From positions 225,088 through 289,087 of the forward strand of contig JAZKFH010000003.1 of NCBI GenBank assembly GCA_040386535.1: a stretch of 64,000 bases of DNA. The letters are read 5' to 3'. The notes below the pieces were generated by a model. It worked only from the letters and a program-made list of their open reading frames with translations. It ran no database searches and was not told the DNA's origin. The translations under genes were made by a program, and so were the position numbers. The DNA is from Myxococcota bacterium. GTDB lineage: Bacteria > Myxococcota_A > UBA796 > SXON01. Below are positions 47,188 through 59,310 of this stretch, piece by piece (the stretch's first letter is position 1; every line of letters begins with the position of its first letter).

Positions 47188-48156
47188 TCAGGGATTCGAC
47201 ACCTTTTTCGACGCTCCGCCGGGGACCGGTCGGAAGGCGACGCCGGCCCGCGCGCTCCAGTCGCCGAAACGATTGCTGGTGTCGTTCTGCTCGGACGCGA
47301 GGTGCACCTGGCGCGTGTCGAGCTGCATGTGCACCCCGGGCTCGACGAGCAGGCCCGGCGCGACCAGGATGGGGAGCTCGAGGCGCGTGGAGAGCACCGG
47401 GATCAACGCCACGCCGACAGGCTCTCCGTCCTTCGAGAAGCTGCGGCCCGCGACGCCGACGGTGACGCCGAAGTCGAAACGCAGCGGCTCGGGAGCCGCG
47501 TACCAGGCGCCCACCCAGACCTCACCCGACCAGTAGCGGACATCGCCCTCGATCTGGGGGAGGTCGGCCGGCGCGGCGATGGAGACCCCGAGCGCGGGGC
47601 GGAGGGGGCTCTCGCCGACACGCTGGAGCTCGGCCCAGACCAGGCCGGTGGGCGTGGACCAGGGCCGGACCTCGAGGGCGACCCCTACGCGCGGCTGGAA
47701 CGTGGGGTGGACGGGCTCGGGCTCGGGCGGAGGCACCACGACGGGCACGGGAACGGGCTCCGGCGGGGGCGGCGGCACCACGACCACGGGGGCGGGCGGG
47801 GGCGTGACGCGCGGACGCACGGGGGGGGGCGGCGTGACCGCCACCTTCACGGGCGGCGGGACGGCGATCGGCTGGAGGAGGCTCGCCGCGAGCATCGCCA
47901 GATCCTCCCGGTCCTGCTCCGTCTTGGGAGGGGCAACCGGCGTGACGTGCACGATGCCGTCGAGATCGCGCACCCGCACGGTCCACGACGTGGCGCCCCC
48001 GGTCACGTCGACCCACGGCCCCTCTCCCGGCACGCCGACGGCGAGGCCCGCGATGGTGAGGGCCTCCTGCCAGTCCGCGACGCGCTCCTGGGCCGGGAGG
48101 CGCACAGGCACCGCGGCCTGGGCGGCGGCGAGGAGGAGGAGGAGCATCGGCGTCAT
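47188..48156 (-). CDS. Secreted protein with Pro-rich linker and probable C-terminal beta-barrel
   Basis: MLLLLLAAAQA signal, PPPP linker, amphipathic strands; upstream of the ECF sigma. Confidence 0.7.
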   Translation of the reverse strand: MTPMLLLLLAAAQAAVPVRLPAQERVADWQEALTIAGLAVGVPGEGPWVDVTGGATSWTVRVRDLDGIVHVTPVAPPKTEQDREDLAMLAASLLQPIAVPPPVKVAVTPPPPVRPRVTPPPAPVVVVPPPPPEPVPVPVVVPPPEPEPVHPTFQPRVGVALEVRPWSTPTGLVWAELQRVGESPLRPALGVSIAAPADLPQIEGDVRYWSGEVWVGAWYAAPEPLRFDFGVTVGVAGRSFSKDGEPVGVALIPVLSTRLELPILVAPGLLVEPGVHMQLDTRQVHLASEQNDTSNRFGDWSARAGVAFRPVPGGASKKVSNP

Positions 48157-48291
48157 TGGCGCGACATCATTCAGTCCGTACGGCCACGGCGCACGCACCG
48201 CACGATTTCTTGACAAGCCCGCGGGCCCGGCGCGGCCCGGGGCGCACCCATCAGAGGCCCCTGGCCCTTCGCGGGCTGCCCGTGACGGCTT

Positions 48292-48307
48292 CCGTGATAT
48301 TTCACGG
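48292..48307. promoter_or_regulatory. Palindrome CCGTGA-TATT-TCACGG, candidate enhancer (UAS)
   Basis: Perfect 6-bp inverted repeat about 75 bp upstream of a sigma54 promoter. Confidence 0.5.
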
Positions 48308-48380
48308 GATATCCGCGGGAGCGCGTTGCCCGCCGACCGCGACGCAGCCGTACACCCGCCTTTTCTCCCGTCAGCACCGA

Positions 48381-48395
48381 CGGCACGATTCTTGC
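48381..48395 (+). promoter_or_regulatory. Sigma54 -24/-12 promoter
   Basis: CGGCAC-GATTC-TTGC, exact GG-N10-GC spacing, shortly upstream of the GGAGG RBS of sbp. Confidence 0.75.
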
Positions 48396-48421
48396 CGTTG
48401 CGCTCCGCGACCGGAGGCTCC

Positions 48422-49453
48422 ATGTCCCTCGCCCTTCTCCCGATTCTCCTCGCCTGCACCCCCGACGCGCCGTCGGATCCCGCGGCGACGCCCGGTCCGG
48501 CCACGCCCCCGGCCGTCCGCGAGCTCTCGCTGGGCGCCTACACGACCCCGCGCGAGGCCTACGGCAAGGCCATCCTGCCCGCGTTCGCGGCGTCGTGGAA
48601 GGCCAAGACCGGCCAGACCGTCACCTTCCAGGAGTCGTACCAGGGGTCCGGCTCCCAGGCGCGCGCGATCGTCGAGGGCTTCGAGGCGGACGTGGCGGCG
48701 CTCTCGCTCGACCCCGACGTGGGGACGATCGAGAAGGCCGGCCTCGTCAAGCACGACTGGCGCGCCGGCCCCCACGGCGGGATCGTGACCAAGAGCATCG
48801 TCGTCATCGCCGTGCGCGCGGGCAACCCCAAGGGCATCAAGGACTGGGCGGATCTCGCGCGCGACGACATCGAGGTGTTGACCCCCAACGTGCGGACCAG
48901 CGGCGGCGCGATGTGGAACGTGGCCGCGATCTGGGGCGCCGCGACCCGCGGCAAGGCGGGCGGGGCCGCGGGAGATCTTGCGGTGGCCGAGCAGCTCCTC
49001 GCCGGCATCCTCGGCAACGTCAAGGTGATGGACAAGGGCGCCCGCGAGTCCATGGTGACGTTCGAGAACGGCGTCGGCGACGCCGCGATCACCTACGAGA
49101 ACGAGGTGCTCGTCGCGAAGCAGGAAGGCAAGGCGATGGACTACGTCGTGCCGACCTCGACCCTCCTCATCGAGAACCCGGTGGCGGTCATCGACACGAA
49201 CGTGGACGCCCACGGCACGCGCGACCTCGCCGAGGCCTTCGTGGCCTTCCTCACCACCTCCGAGGCCCAGCAGTCCTTCGCGAAGTACGGGCTCCGCCCG
49301 GTGGACGAGACCGCGACGCCGCCCGGCCTCCCCGTCGTGACCGACCTGTTCACCGTGCGCGACCTCGGCGGCTGGCCGGCGGTGCAGGAGAGCCTCTTCG
49401 CGAAGGGCGCCGCCTACGACCGCGCGCTGAGCGCCGCGCAGGCCACAAAATGA
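48422..49453 (+). CDS. sbp: Sulfate ABC transporter substrate-binding lipoprotein
   Basis: SYQGSGSQARAI..G.EADV, GNPKGIKDWADL, TSGGA.WN, YENE. Confidence 0.9.
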   Translation: MSLALLPILLACTPDAPSDPAATPGPATPPAVRELSLGAYTTPREAYGKAILPAFAASWKAKTGQTVTFQESYQGSGSQARAIVEGFEADVAALSLDPDVGTIEKAGLVKHDWRAGPHGGIVTKSIVVIAVRAGNPKGIKDWADLARDDIEVLTPNVRTSGGAMWNVAAIWGAATRGKAGGAAGDLAVAEQLLAGILGNVKVMDKGARESMVTFENGVGDAAITYENEVLVAKQEGKAMDYVVPTSTLLIENPVAVIDTNVDAHGTRDLAEAFVAFLTTSEAQQSFAKYGLRPVDETATPPGLPVVTDLFTVRDLGGWPAVQESLFAKGAAYDRALSAAQATK

Positions 49454-50328
49454 ACGCGGCCCTGGCCGAGAGCGCGCCGAAGGCGGAAGGGGGGGCCCGC
49501 CGCGCGCGGCCCTTGCTGTCCGATCGGGCCACCGCGCTCGTGCTTCGCGGCGGGTTCGGCGCCTACGTGAGCGTGCTGGTGGCGCTCCCGCTGCTCGCGC
49601 TCGTCGTGCGCGGCCTCTCGGACGGGCCCGCCGCCGCCGCCTGGGCCGCCATCACCGCCCCGGCGGCCGTCGCGGCGCTCGGCCTCTCCCTCGGCACGGG
49701 CCTCGTGGCCGCGCTCGTCAACGGGGTCGCGGGCACCGCCATCGCCTGGGTGCTCGTCCGGTGGGACGTGCCGGGCCGTCGCCTCCTCTCGGCGCTCGTC
49801 GACCTCCCGCTCGCCGTCCCCACGCTTGTCGCCGGCATCCTGCTCGTGGCGCTCTTCGGCCCGCAGACGCCGGTGGGCGCCTGGCTCGTCCGCCACGACC
49901 TCGCCGTCGCCTACGCCCGCCCCGGCATCGTGCTCGCGCTGCTCTTCGTCACCCTCCCCTTCGTCGTGCGCGCAGTCGAGCCCGTGCTCCACGAGCTCGA
50001 TCCCGCCGAGGAGGAGGCCGCCACCACGCTCGGCGCCGGGCGTTGGCTCACGTTCCGCCACGTGCTCCTCCCGCCGCTCCTCCCCGCGATCGCGGCGGGC
50101 ACCGTGCAGGTGTTCGCCCGCTCCGTGGCCGAGTTCGGCTCGCTCGCGGCCGTGTCGGGCAACATCCCGTTCCAGACGCTCACGGCGCCCGTCTACATCC
50201 TCGGCGAGGTCGAGGGCGGCGCGCCCGGCTCGGCCGCGGCGGTGTCCCTCGTGCTCCTCACGTTCGCGCTCGCGCTCCAGCCGCTCTCCCACGCGCTCGC
50301 CCGCGCCGCGGGGTCCCGCCGTGGCTGA
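49450..50328 (+). CDS. cysT: Sulfate ABC transporter permease CysT
   Basis: VDLPLAVPTLVAG, LPFVVRAVEPVL, EEEAA.TLGA, EFGS...SGNIP. Confidence 0.9.
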   Translation: MNAALAESAPKAEGGARRARPLLSDRATALVLRGGFGAYVSVLVALPLLALVVRGLSDGPAAAAWAAITAPAAVAALGLSLGTGLVAALVNGVAGTAIAWVLVRWDVPGRRLLSALVDLPLAVPTLVAGILLVALFGPQTPVGAWLVRHDLAVAYARPGIVLALLFVTLPFVVRAVEPVLHELDPAEEEAATTLGAGRWLTFRHVLLPPLLPAIAAGTVQVFARSVAEFGSLAAVSGNIPFQTLTAPVYILGEVEGGAPGSAAAVSLVLLTFALALQPLSHALARAAGSRRG

Positions 50329-51145
50329 CGGACGCGCCGCCCGCCCCCGCCCCGTCGGCGCCGCCTGGATCGTCGTGGGCCTCGTCGCGCTCTACATCGG
50401 CGCCATCCTGCTCGTGCCGCTCGGTGCGCTCGTGCAGGCCGTCGCGGCGGACCTCGGCGGGGTCGCCACCGCCCTCGTCCAGCCCGACGCCCTCCGCGCG
50501 CTCGGCCTCTCCATCGTGCTCGCTGCGGTCGCGCTCCTCCTCAATGGGGTCGCCGGGATCGTCGGCGCGCTCGTCCTCACGCGGCAGCGCTTCGCCGGGC
50601 GCCGCCTCCTCGATGCGCTCGTCGACCTCCCCCTCGCCGTCTCGCCGGTGATGACCGGGCTCGCCTTCCTGCTCCTGTTCGGCCGCAACGGGTGGCTCGG
50701 GCCGGTGCTCCAGGCGATGGGCGTGAAGGTGGCGTTCGCCATCCCCGGGCTCGTGCTCGCGACGGTGTTCGTCACCTTGCCGTTCATGCTCCGCGAGATC
50801 GCGCTCGTGCTCGAGGAGCTCGGCACCTCCGAGGAGGACGCCGCCTCCACGCTCGGCGCGACCGCGTGGCAGACGTTCCGGCTCGTGACCCTCCCCAACC
50901 TGCGCGAGGGGCTCACCCTCGGCGCCACGCTCACCGTGGCCCGCGCGCTCGGCGAGTTCGGCGCCGTGCTGGTCCTGGGCGGCGCCATCTCCGGGCGCAC
51001 CGACACGGCCACGACGTTCATCCACAACGCGATGGAAGAGCGCCACACCACCTCCGCCTACGGCATGGCCCTCGTCCTCGCCGCGGCCGCCGCCGCCCTC
51101 CTGGTCCTGCTTCAACGTCCGTCTCAGACCGTCCGAGGCAAGTAA
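50321..51145 (+). CDS. cysW: Sulfate ABC transporter permease CysW
   Basis: [33 protein letters not shown]. Confidence 0.9.
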   Translation: MADGRAARPRPVGAAWIVVGLVALYIGAILLVPLGALVQAVAADLGGVATALVQPDALRALGLSIVLAAVALLLNGVAGIVGALVLTRQRFAGRRLLDALVDLPLAVSPVMTGLAFLLLFGRNGWLGPVLQAMGVKVAFAIPGLVLATVFVTLPFMLREIALVLEELGTSEEDAASTLGATAWQTFRLVTLPNLREGLTLGATLTVARALGEFGAVLVLGGAISGRTDTATTFIHNAMEERHTTSAYGMALVLAAAAAALLVLLQRPSQTVRGK

Positions 51146-52223
51146 TGGGAATCCGTGTCGAAAACCTGGTCAAGCACTTCCGGACACCGGCGGGTGGTGC
51201 GAACCGGGTGGTGGACGACGTGAGCTTCGAGGTGCGGCCCGGCGAGCTGGTCGCGCTCCTCGGCCCCTCGGGCGGTGGAAAGAGCACCGTGCTCCGCATC
51301 ATCGCGGGGCTGGAGCAGGCCGACGCCGGCGAGGTGTGGCTGGACGGCCGCCGGGTGGACGCCGTGCACGCCCGCGAGCGGCAGGTCGGCTTCGTGTTCC
51401 AGCACTACGCCCTGTTCCGCCATATGACCGTCGGCGAGAACGTCGCCTTCGGGCTCCGCGTGCAGGGGGCGAGCCAGAAGGAGCAGACCGACCGCGTGCG
51501 GCACCTGCTCTCGCTCATGGGCCTGGGCGGGCTCGAGGATCGCCTCCCCGCGCAGCTCTCCGGCGGCCAGCGCCAGCGCGTCGCCCTCGCGCGGGCCCTC
51601 GCGCCGGCGCCGAAGCTCCTCTTGCTCGACGAGCCGTTCGGGGCGGTCGACGCCAAGGTTCGCGAAGAGCTCAGGCGATGGTTGAGGAAGCTGCACGACG
51701 AGGTGCACACCACCTCGATCTTCGTGACGCACGACCAGGAAGAAGCGTTCGCGGTGTCGGATCGCGTGATGGTCATCCAGAACGGGCGCCTGGAGCAGGC
51801 GGGCTCGCCCGTGGAGATCCTCGATCACCCCGCGACCGAGTTCGTGGCGCGGTTCGTCGGGGAGGTGAACGTGCTCGATGGCGTGATGCGCGCGGGTTCG
51901 GCGCGGTGCGGCCCCCTCGCGCTCCCCGTTACGGACGGGCCCGCGGTCGACGGCCCCGACGGCTCCGCGGTGCGCGTGGTCGTGCGCGCCTACGATCTGA
52001 AGTTCTGGCGGGACGACGAGGGCGTGGCGGTGGTCGATCGCGTGTTGCCCATCGGGGACCGCGTCCGGGTAGAAGCCACGCTCGACGGCGGCCTGCCGCT
52101 GTTCGCCCAGTTCCCCCGACGCAGCAGCCTCCTGACCGGCGTGGTCCCCGGCTCCCGCATCGCCATCGAGGTGACGCACGCACGCGCGTGGCCCGTCCCC
52201 GGCACCCCTTCCGCGGCCCATCC

Positions 52224-52227
<4 letters not shown>
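51145..52227 (+). CDS. cysA: Sulfate ABC transporter ATP-binding protein CysA
   Basis: [49 protein letters not shown]-like tail. Confidence 0.93.
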
Positions 52228-53789
<1,562 letters not shown>

Positions 53790-53929
53790 GGTTTGGTCGA
53801 GGCCCTTGCGGGCGAGGACGAGCCCACAAACCGTGACGACGCGGGAGCGCCGCGCCCGGTCTCGGTGGCGAGCCTGATCGTGGGAGGGCGCCTCGGGACG
53901 ATCCGCAGGCCTCCTCCACGGAGGAGCGC

Positions 53930-54481
53930 ATGACCCGTCGACTCTTGTCCATGTTCGCCGGCTTGTCGGCACTGGCCGTGCTGGTGTCCGTCCCGCTCGC
54001 GCGCGCAGGCGACGACGACGATTGGAAGGACCGTTACGACGACGATCACCGGGATTTCGACCGGGACTATGACCGGTACGACCGGGACTACGACTACGAC
54101 TACGACCGCGATTACGACTACGACTACGACTACGACTACGACCGGGACTATCGGGACTATCGGTATTTCGACGACGATGATGACGACGGGGTCGACGACC
54201 GCGACGACATCTGTCCCCAGACCAACCTGCCCGACGATCTGAACGACGAGCTCGGCCGGGATCGGTTCGCGATCCTGAACGACGACGGCGTGTTCGAGAC
54301 CCGGGGTGATCGCTCGCGCGACTACAGCTATCGGTACGACGCGTTCTTCACGATCGACGACACCGGCGGCTGCTCGTGTGACCAGATCATCGACGCCCTC
54401 GACCTCGGGGACGACGCGCAGGACCGGGGCTGCCGCGAGGAGGACATCGACCGCTGGATCGACCGGATCCACGGGTACTGA
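53930..54481 (+). CDS. Secreted Asp/Tyr-repeat protein with Cys-containing C-terminal domain
   Basis: GAGGAG RBS, signal ending ARA-G, DYDYDY tract, DGV.D..D.CP...GCSCDQII...GC. Confidence 0.75.
   Translation: MTRRLLSMFAGLSALAVLVSVPLARAGDDDDWKDRYDDDHRDFDRDYDRYDRDYDYDYDRDYDYDYDYDYDRDYRDYRYFDDDDDDGVDDRDDICPQTNLPDDLNDELGRDRFAILNDDGVFETRGDRSRDYSYRYDAFFTIDDTGGCSCDQIIDALDLGDDAQDRGCREEDIDRWIDRIHGY
54086..54139 (+). repeat. GACTAC hexamer tract encoding (DY)n
   Basis: Read directly from the sequence. Confidence 0.8.
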
Positions 54482-54518
54482 TCCGTCCTGGCGGCGGTGA
54501 TCGCGGTACCATCCGCGG

Positions 54519-56135
54519 ATGTTGCTGTTCACCTTTGCCGCCGTCGCCGGCGTGGTGTCCGAGGTGCCTCCCGCCGCGGAGCGTGGTGGGGAGGCCCTCG
54601 GCGTGCTCGTGTGTCCGGTGGACGACACGTGCGACGAGGACGCCGCCTGGGTCACCCGCGCCCAGGGCCTCGGCGACGCGCCGATCGTGCGCCTGGATCT
54701 GCTGCTCGAGCGCGACAACGGCGGCTGGAGCGGCGGTTCGGACACCCGCGCGGCGCTGGTCACCGCGCTCGCGACCGGCGAGGCCGCCGCGGCGAAGGGC
54801 CGCTGGTCGGCGGTCGAGGCCGCTGTCATCGACGCGAAGACCGCGCTGGCCGCGGTCCGCGGGGACGTGAACACCCAGTCCCTCTTCACCGTCTGGTACC
54901 TCGAAGGCGCCGCCGCCGCGGCGCGCGCGTCGAAGGGCAACCCCGATTCCGACAGCGATCGCGGGCACGAGTACAGCTTCCGCCAGGCCGCCGCCATCGC
55001 GCAGGGGCAGGACGTGAAGGTGCCCGCGGTCGGCGCCGGCCCGGACGCGGAGGCGATCGGGCGCGCGTGGGCCGACGAGCGTCGCAAGCTCCTTGTCGGC
55101 GGCGAGGGCACCCTGGCGCTGTCGGGCCCGCCCGGCACCCGCTGGTCGATCGACGGCGCCTCGGTCGGGGTGGGCGACGGCACGACCGCGACCGGCGTGA
55201 AGCTCCTCCCCGGAAACCACCGGATCGTCGCCACGCGGGAAGACTCGGTCCGCAGCTGGCAGGGCGACGTGCCCGTGCTGGCCGGCCGCACCATCGGGGT
55301 GACCGCCACGTTCCCCCCCACCGAGTCGGCCGCGTGGCTCCAGGCCCGCCTGGACGAGGCCTTCGACACCCTCCAGGGCCCGCCCGAGCTCACCCGCGTG
55401 CTCTCCGACTGGGCCCAGCGCCACGATCTCGTCGCCCTGCGCCTCGTGCGCGTGGAGACCACGGTGGCCGCCGCCGCCCCCTCCCCCGCCGTCGGCCCCG
55501 CCGACCCGCTCCGCCCGAGCGCGGCGGATGGCGAACGTGTCGACCATGGCGACGGCATCCCCAGCACCTACGCCGAGGAGATCGTCGTCCTCGACGAGGC
55601 CGCCCGCGAGCGCGCCTCCTCCACGGAGCGGCGCCTGCGCGTGATGTGGTTCGACCCCACCCTGGGCCGCTTCTCCCTCGACGGCGGCCCGGCCCTGGCC
55701 CGCCCCGACACCCAGGAGCAACGCTTCCGCGTCGGCCTCCACCTCGGCTACGCGGGCATGATGGCCCACCACCACGCCACGGTCGACCTCGGCGGCAGCT
55801 GGCGCGTGGCCACGCTCGCGGGGGGCTCCCTCGATCTCGAAGGCCGGCTGGGCCTCGCGCGCGCCGACTCGCCCTACAACCTGTACGCCGCCTGGGTCGA
55901 CCAGCAGCTGTACCACGTGAGCCTCGGCGTCCGGTGGGCGCCCACCTGGGACATCGCCCCCTTCGTCGCGGCCGGGCCCGAGCTGTACGTGCCCGTGGCG
56001 TTCGGCGGGCGGCTCTCGACCGGCGTGCAGGTCCGTATCGAGCGGCGCTGGCTGGCGGTCGCCGAGGTGCACGGCGGCTGGCTCGACCAGGGCCCGGGCT
56101 GGGGGGCGGGCCTCTCGGTGGGGCGTATGTACTGA
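54519..56135 (+). CDS. Secreted protein with PEGA-like segment and probable C-terminal beta-barrel
   Basis: Short signal; PPGTRWSIDG...LLPGNHRI PEGA-like segment; C-terminal amphipathic strands ending in Y. Confidence 0.65.
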   Translation: MLLFTFAAVAGVVSEVPPAAERGGEALGVLVCPVDDTCDEDAAWVTRAQGLGDAPIVRLDLLLERDNGGWSGGSDTRAALVTALATGEAAAAKGRWSAVEAAVIDAKTALAAVRGDVNTQSLFTVWYLEGAAAAARASKGNPDSDSDRGHEYSFRQAAAIAQGQDVKVPAVGAGPDAEAIGRAWADERRKLLVGGEGTLALSGPPGTRWSIDGASVGVGDGTTATGVKLLPGNHRIVATREDSVRSWQGDVPVLAGRTIGVTATFPPTESAAWLQARLDEAFDTLQGPPELTRVLSDWAQRHDLVALRLVRVETTVAAAAPSPAVGPADPLRPSAADGERVDHGDGIPSTYAEEIVVLDEAARERASSTERRLRVMWFDPTLGRFSLDGGPALARPDTQEQRFRVGLHLGYAGMMAHHHATVDLGGSWRVATLAGGSLDLEGRLGLARADSPYNLYAAWVDQQLYHVSLGVRWAPTWDIAPFVAAGPELYVPVAFGGRLSTGVQVRIERRWLAVAEVHGGWLDQGPGWGAGLSVGRMY

Positions 56136-56211
56136 TACTGTCCACGTCGGGTCGGGCAGGCCGCCCCTCGGGGCCCCGGGTTAGAGCCGGGCGCGAAAGC
56201 GGAGTCCCCAC

Positions 56212-57972
56212 GTGCCAGACGTCGTCGAACAACAACGGCTGATCGAGACCATCCGCTCGTCCATCATCGGGGATGATCGCGTCCTCGAGGGGCCCTACGG
56301 CCCGCGGCGCGTGACCTACGCCGACTACACCGCCTCCGGCCGCTCCTTGACCTTCATCGAGGACTTCATCCGGGACGAGGTGATGCCGCTCTACGCGAAC
56401 ACCCACACGGAGACCTCGGGCACCGGCCTCCAGACCACGCGGTTCCGCGAGGACGCGCGCGAGATCATCAAGAAGGCCGTGGGCGGCGGGGACGACGACT
56501 GCGTCATCTTCTGCGGATCCGGCGCAACCGCCGCGATCAACAAGCTCATCGACATCCTGAACATCCGCATCCCCAAGGATCTCGACAAGCGCTACGACCT
56601 GTCGTCACACATCCCCGCGTCCGAACGCCCCGTCGTGTTCATCGGGCCCTACGAGCACCACAGCAACGAGCTCCCCTGGCGCGAGTCCCTGGCCGACGTG
56701 ATCACGATCCACGAGGATTGTGATGGCCGCATCGACATCGCCCAGCTCGAAGCCGAGCTGCTCGCCCACGCCGACCGCCCGCTCAAGATCGGCAGCTTCT
56801 CCGCGGCCAGCAACGTGACCGGCATCGGCACCAACACCCGCGCGGTGTCCGCCCTGCTCCACAAACACGGCGCGCTCTCGTTCTGGGACTTCGCGGCCGC
56901 CGGCCCGTACGTGAAGATCGAGATGAACATGAAGGACGAGAGCCCCGACGGGGATCTGGTCTACAAGGACGCGATCTTCCTCTCCCCCCACAAGTTCATC
57001 GGCGGGCCGGGCACGCCGGGCATCCTCGTGGCGAAGCGGAGCCTGTTCAAGAACCAGGTCCCGAGCATGCCGGGCGGCGGCACCGTGTCGTTCGTGACGG
57101 ACGAGCACCACAGCTACGTGACCAAGCCCGAGCGCCGCGAAGAGGGCGGCACCCCGGCGATCATCGAGTCGATCCGCGCCGGCCTCGTGTTCCAGCTCAA
57201 GGACGCGGTCGGCGCCGAGACCATCCGCACGCGCGAGAGCGCGTTCATCCACCGCGCCATCGAGTCCTGGGCGCAGAACCCGAACATCCGCGTGCTCGGC
57301 AACCACAAGGCGTGGCGCCTCTCCATCGTCAGCTTCATCGTGCGCCACCACGACGTGAACCTGCACCACACCTTCGTCGTGGCGCTGCTGAACGACCTGT
57401 TCGGCATCCAGGCGCGCGGCGGCTGTTCGTGCGCCGGCCCCTACGGCCACCGCCTGCTCGGCATCAAGCCCGCCGTGAGCGACGGTTTCGAGTGCCTCGT
57501 CATCCGCGGGCTCGAGGGCATTCGCCCCGGCTGGGTGCGCGTCAACTTCAACTACTTCATCTCCGAGACGGTGTTCCAGTACCTCATCGACGCGGTCAAC
57601 TTCGTCGGCGAGCACGGCTGGAAGCTGCTCCCGCACTACCGCTTCGACATCACGACGGGCCTGTGGAAGAACCGCGCGGCCAGGCCGCCGCAGGTGCTCC
57701 GCATGCACGACCTGTCGTATCGCCAGGGCGCCCTGACCTACCGCGCGCGGCACGTCACCGAGCCCGAGTGGGCGCTCGCCAGCTACCTCGAAGACGCGCA
57801 CCGCGTCGTGGCCGAGGCCGTCGCCAGCTACCCCGGGCTCGACCTCGGCGACCCTCCCCTCCCCGAGGCGGCCGAGAAGTTGCGCTGGTTCCCCCTGCCC
57901 TCCGAGGCGCTCGCGGAGCTGACCGAGTCGGGCCCGATGCCGGCGCATCCGCCGGTGCACCTGGGGCCGTAG
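56212..57972 (+). CDS. Aminotransferase class V / cysteine desulfurase-like PLP enzyme
   Basis: YADYTASGR, EHHSNELPW, ASNVTG, SPHKFIGGP, ARGGCSCAGPY. Confidence 0.92.
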   Translation: MPDVVEQQRLIETIRSSIIGDDRVLEGPYGPRRVTYADYTASGRSLTFIEDFIRDEVMPLYANTHTETSGTGLQTTRFREDAREIIKKAVGGGDDDCVIFCGSGATAAINKLIDILNIRIPKDLDKRYDLSSHIPASERPVVFIGPYEHHSNELPWRESLADVITIHEDCDGRIDIAQLEAELLAHADRPLKIGSFSAASNVTGIGTNTRAVSALLHKHGALSFWDFAAAGPYVKIEMNMKDESPDGDLVYKDAIFLSPHKFIGGPGTPGILVAKRSLFKNQVPSMPGGGTVSFVTDEHHSYVTKPERREEGGTPAIIESIRAGLVFQLKDAVGAETIRTRESAFIHRAIESWAQNPNIRVLGNHKAWRLSIVSFIVRHHDVNLHHTFVVALLNDLFGIQARGGCSCAGPYGHRLLGIKPAVSDGFECLVIRGLEGIRPGWVRVNFNYFISETVFQYLIDAVNFVGEHGWKLLPHYRFDITTGLWKNRAARPPQVLRMHDLSYRQGALTYRARHVTEPEWALASYLEDAHRVVAEAVASYPGLDLGDPPLPEAAEKLRWFPLPSEALAELTESGPMPAHPPVHLGP

Positions 57973-57982
57973 GGGCATCGGT

Positions 57983-58022
57983 CTTTTGGGGCAGGGGCTC
58001 CGCCCCCGCAACGCCCCGAAGG
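57983..58022. terminator. Nested hairpin (GGGGC...GGGGCTCCGCCCC...GCCCC) between convergent genes; terminator or REP-like
   Basis: Inverted repeats read directly; T-run on the left side. Confidence 0.4.
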
Positions 58023-58038
58023 CACCTGAAGCCAGGCT

Positions 58039-59310
58039 CTACTGGCGCCGACGGGCCGCGAGCAGCACGAGCGCCAGCGCGGCGCCCCACGCCGACAGCG
58101 GCCCCGACGTGCCGCACTGCCATCCGACGTACTGCTCGATCTGCCCGTCGCAGTCGTTGTCGGCGCCGTCGTTCAGCTCGGGCGCGTTCGGGTAGGTCTC
58201 GAAGTCGGCGTCGTCACAGTCGCCGTCCACCTCGGTGAACCCGTCGTCGTCGTCGTCGTAGAGCTCCGTGCCCTCGTCCACCACGCCGTCGCAGTCGTTG
58301 TCGAACAGGTCGCCGACCTCCACGCCGCCGGGAAACACCGTGGGGTCGGCGTCGGCGCAGTCGCCGTCGCGCTCGGCGTAGCCGTCCCGGTCGTCGTCGT
58401 AGACGTCGGTCCCCTCGTCCACCGTGCCGTCGCAGTCGTTGTCCTGGCCGTCCTCGGCCTCCGCGGCGCCCGCGTAGGTCCAGGCGTTGCCGTCGTCACA
58501 GTCGCCCTGCTCCTCGGAGGTGCCGTCGCCGTCGTCGTCGTGGATGGACGTGCCCTCGTCCACGAGGCCGTCGCAGTCCTGGTCGCGGCCGTCGCCGACC
58601 TCGGTGCCGCCGGGGAAGATGGCGGCGTTGGTGTCGTCGCAGTCCCCGGTCGCCTCGGTGTAGCCGTCCACGTCGTCGTCGTAGACATCCGTGTCGTCGT
58701 CCACCACGCCGTCGCAGTCGTTGTCGAGGCCGTCCGCGAACTCCTCGGCGCCGGGCCAGGACCACACGTTTCCGTCGTCACAGTCGCCGTCGTTCTCGGT
58801 CCACCCGTCGCCGTCGTCGTCGAACGCCGCGGTCTGATCGTCCGCGATGCCGTCGCAGTCGTTGTCGGCGAGGTCGAGGGTCTCGGTGGCGCCGGGGTAG
58901 CTCCCGGCGGCCGCGTCGTCGCAGTCGCCGGCGTCTTCGGAGTAGCCGTCGCCGTCGTCGTCGTAGCGGGCGGTGCCCTCGTCCACGATGCCGTCGCAGT
59001 CGTTGTCGAGCGTGTCCGCCCACTCGTAGGCGCCCGGGTAGGACAGCCCGTTGGTGTCGTCACAGTCGCCGCCGGTCTCGGCGTAGCCGTCGGCGTCGTC
59101 GTCGTAGACGCTCGTGCCGTCGTCCACCATGAAGTCGCAGTCGTCATCCACGCCGTTGGCGGTCTCGACCGCGTACGGGTGGATGGCGGGCGCGGTGTCG
59201 TCGCAGTCGCCCTCGGCGGTGGTGTAGCCGTCGCCGTCGAGGTCCTCGGTGGCGAACGCCTGCCCGATCGCGAGGGGGCCGAGCAGGAGAGACACGAGCA
59301 GCACGATCAT
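58039..59310 (-). CDS. Surface protein made of 8 x 47-aa PF11617-type repeats, with MYXO-CTERM-like anchor
   Basis: Unit DDDGDGYxExxGDCDDxxxxxxPGAxExxDxxDNDCDGxVDEGT; C-terminal CGT...W-hydrophobic-RRR. Confidence 0.85.
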   Translation of the reverse strand: MIVLLVSLLLGPLAIGQAFATEDLDGDGYTTAEGDCDDTAPAIHPYAVETANGVDDDCDFMVDDGTSVYDDDADGYAETGGDCDDTNGLSYPGAYEWADTLDNDCDGIVDEGTARYDDDGDGYSEDAGDCDDAAAGSYPGATETLDLADNDCDGIADDQTAAFDDDGDGWTENDGDCDDGNVWSWPGAEEFADGLDNDCDGVVDDDTDVYDDDVDGYTEATGDCDDTNAAIFPGGTEVGDGRDQDCDGLVDEGTSIHDDDGDGTSEEQGDCDDGNAWTYAGAAEAEDGQDNDCDGTVDEGTDVYDDDRDGYAERDGDCADADPTVFPGGVEVGDLFDNDCDGVVDEGTELYDDDDDGFTEVDGDCDDADFETYPNAPELNDGADNDCDGQIEQYVGWQCGTSGPLSAWGAALALVLLAARRRQ

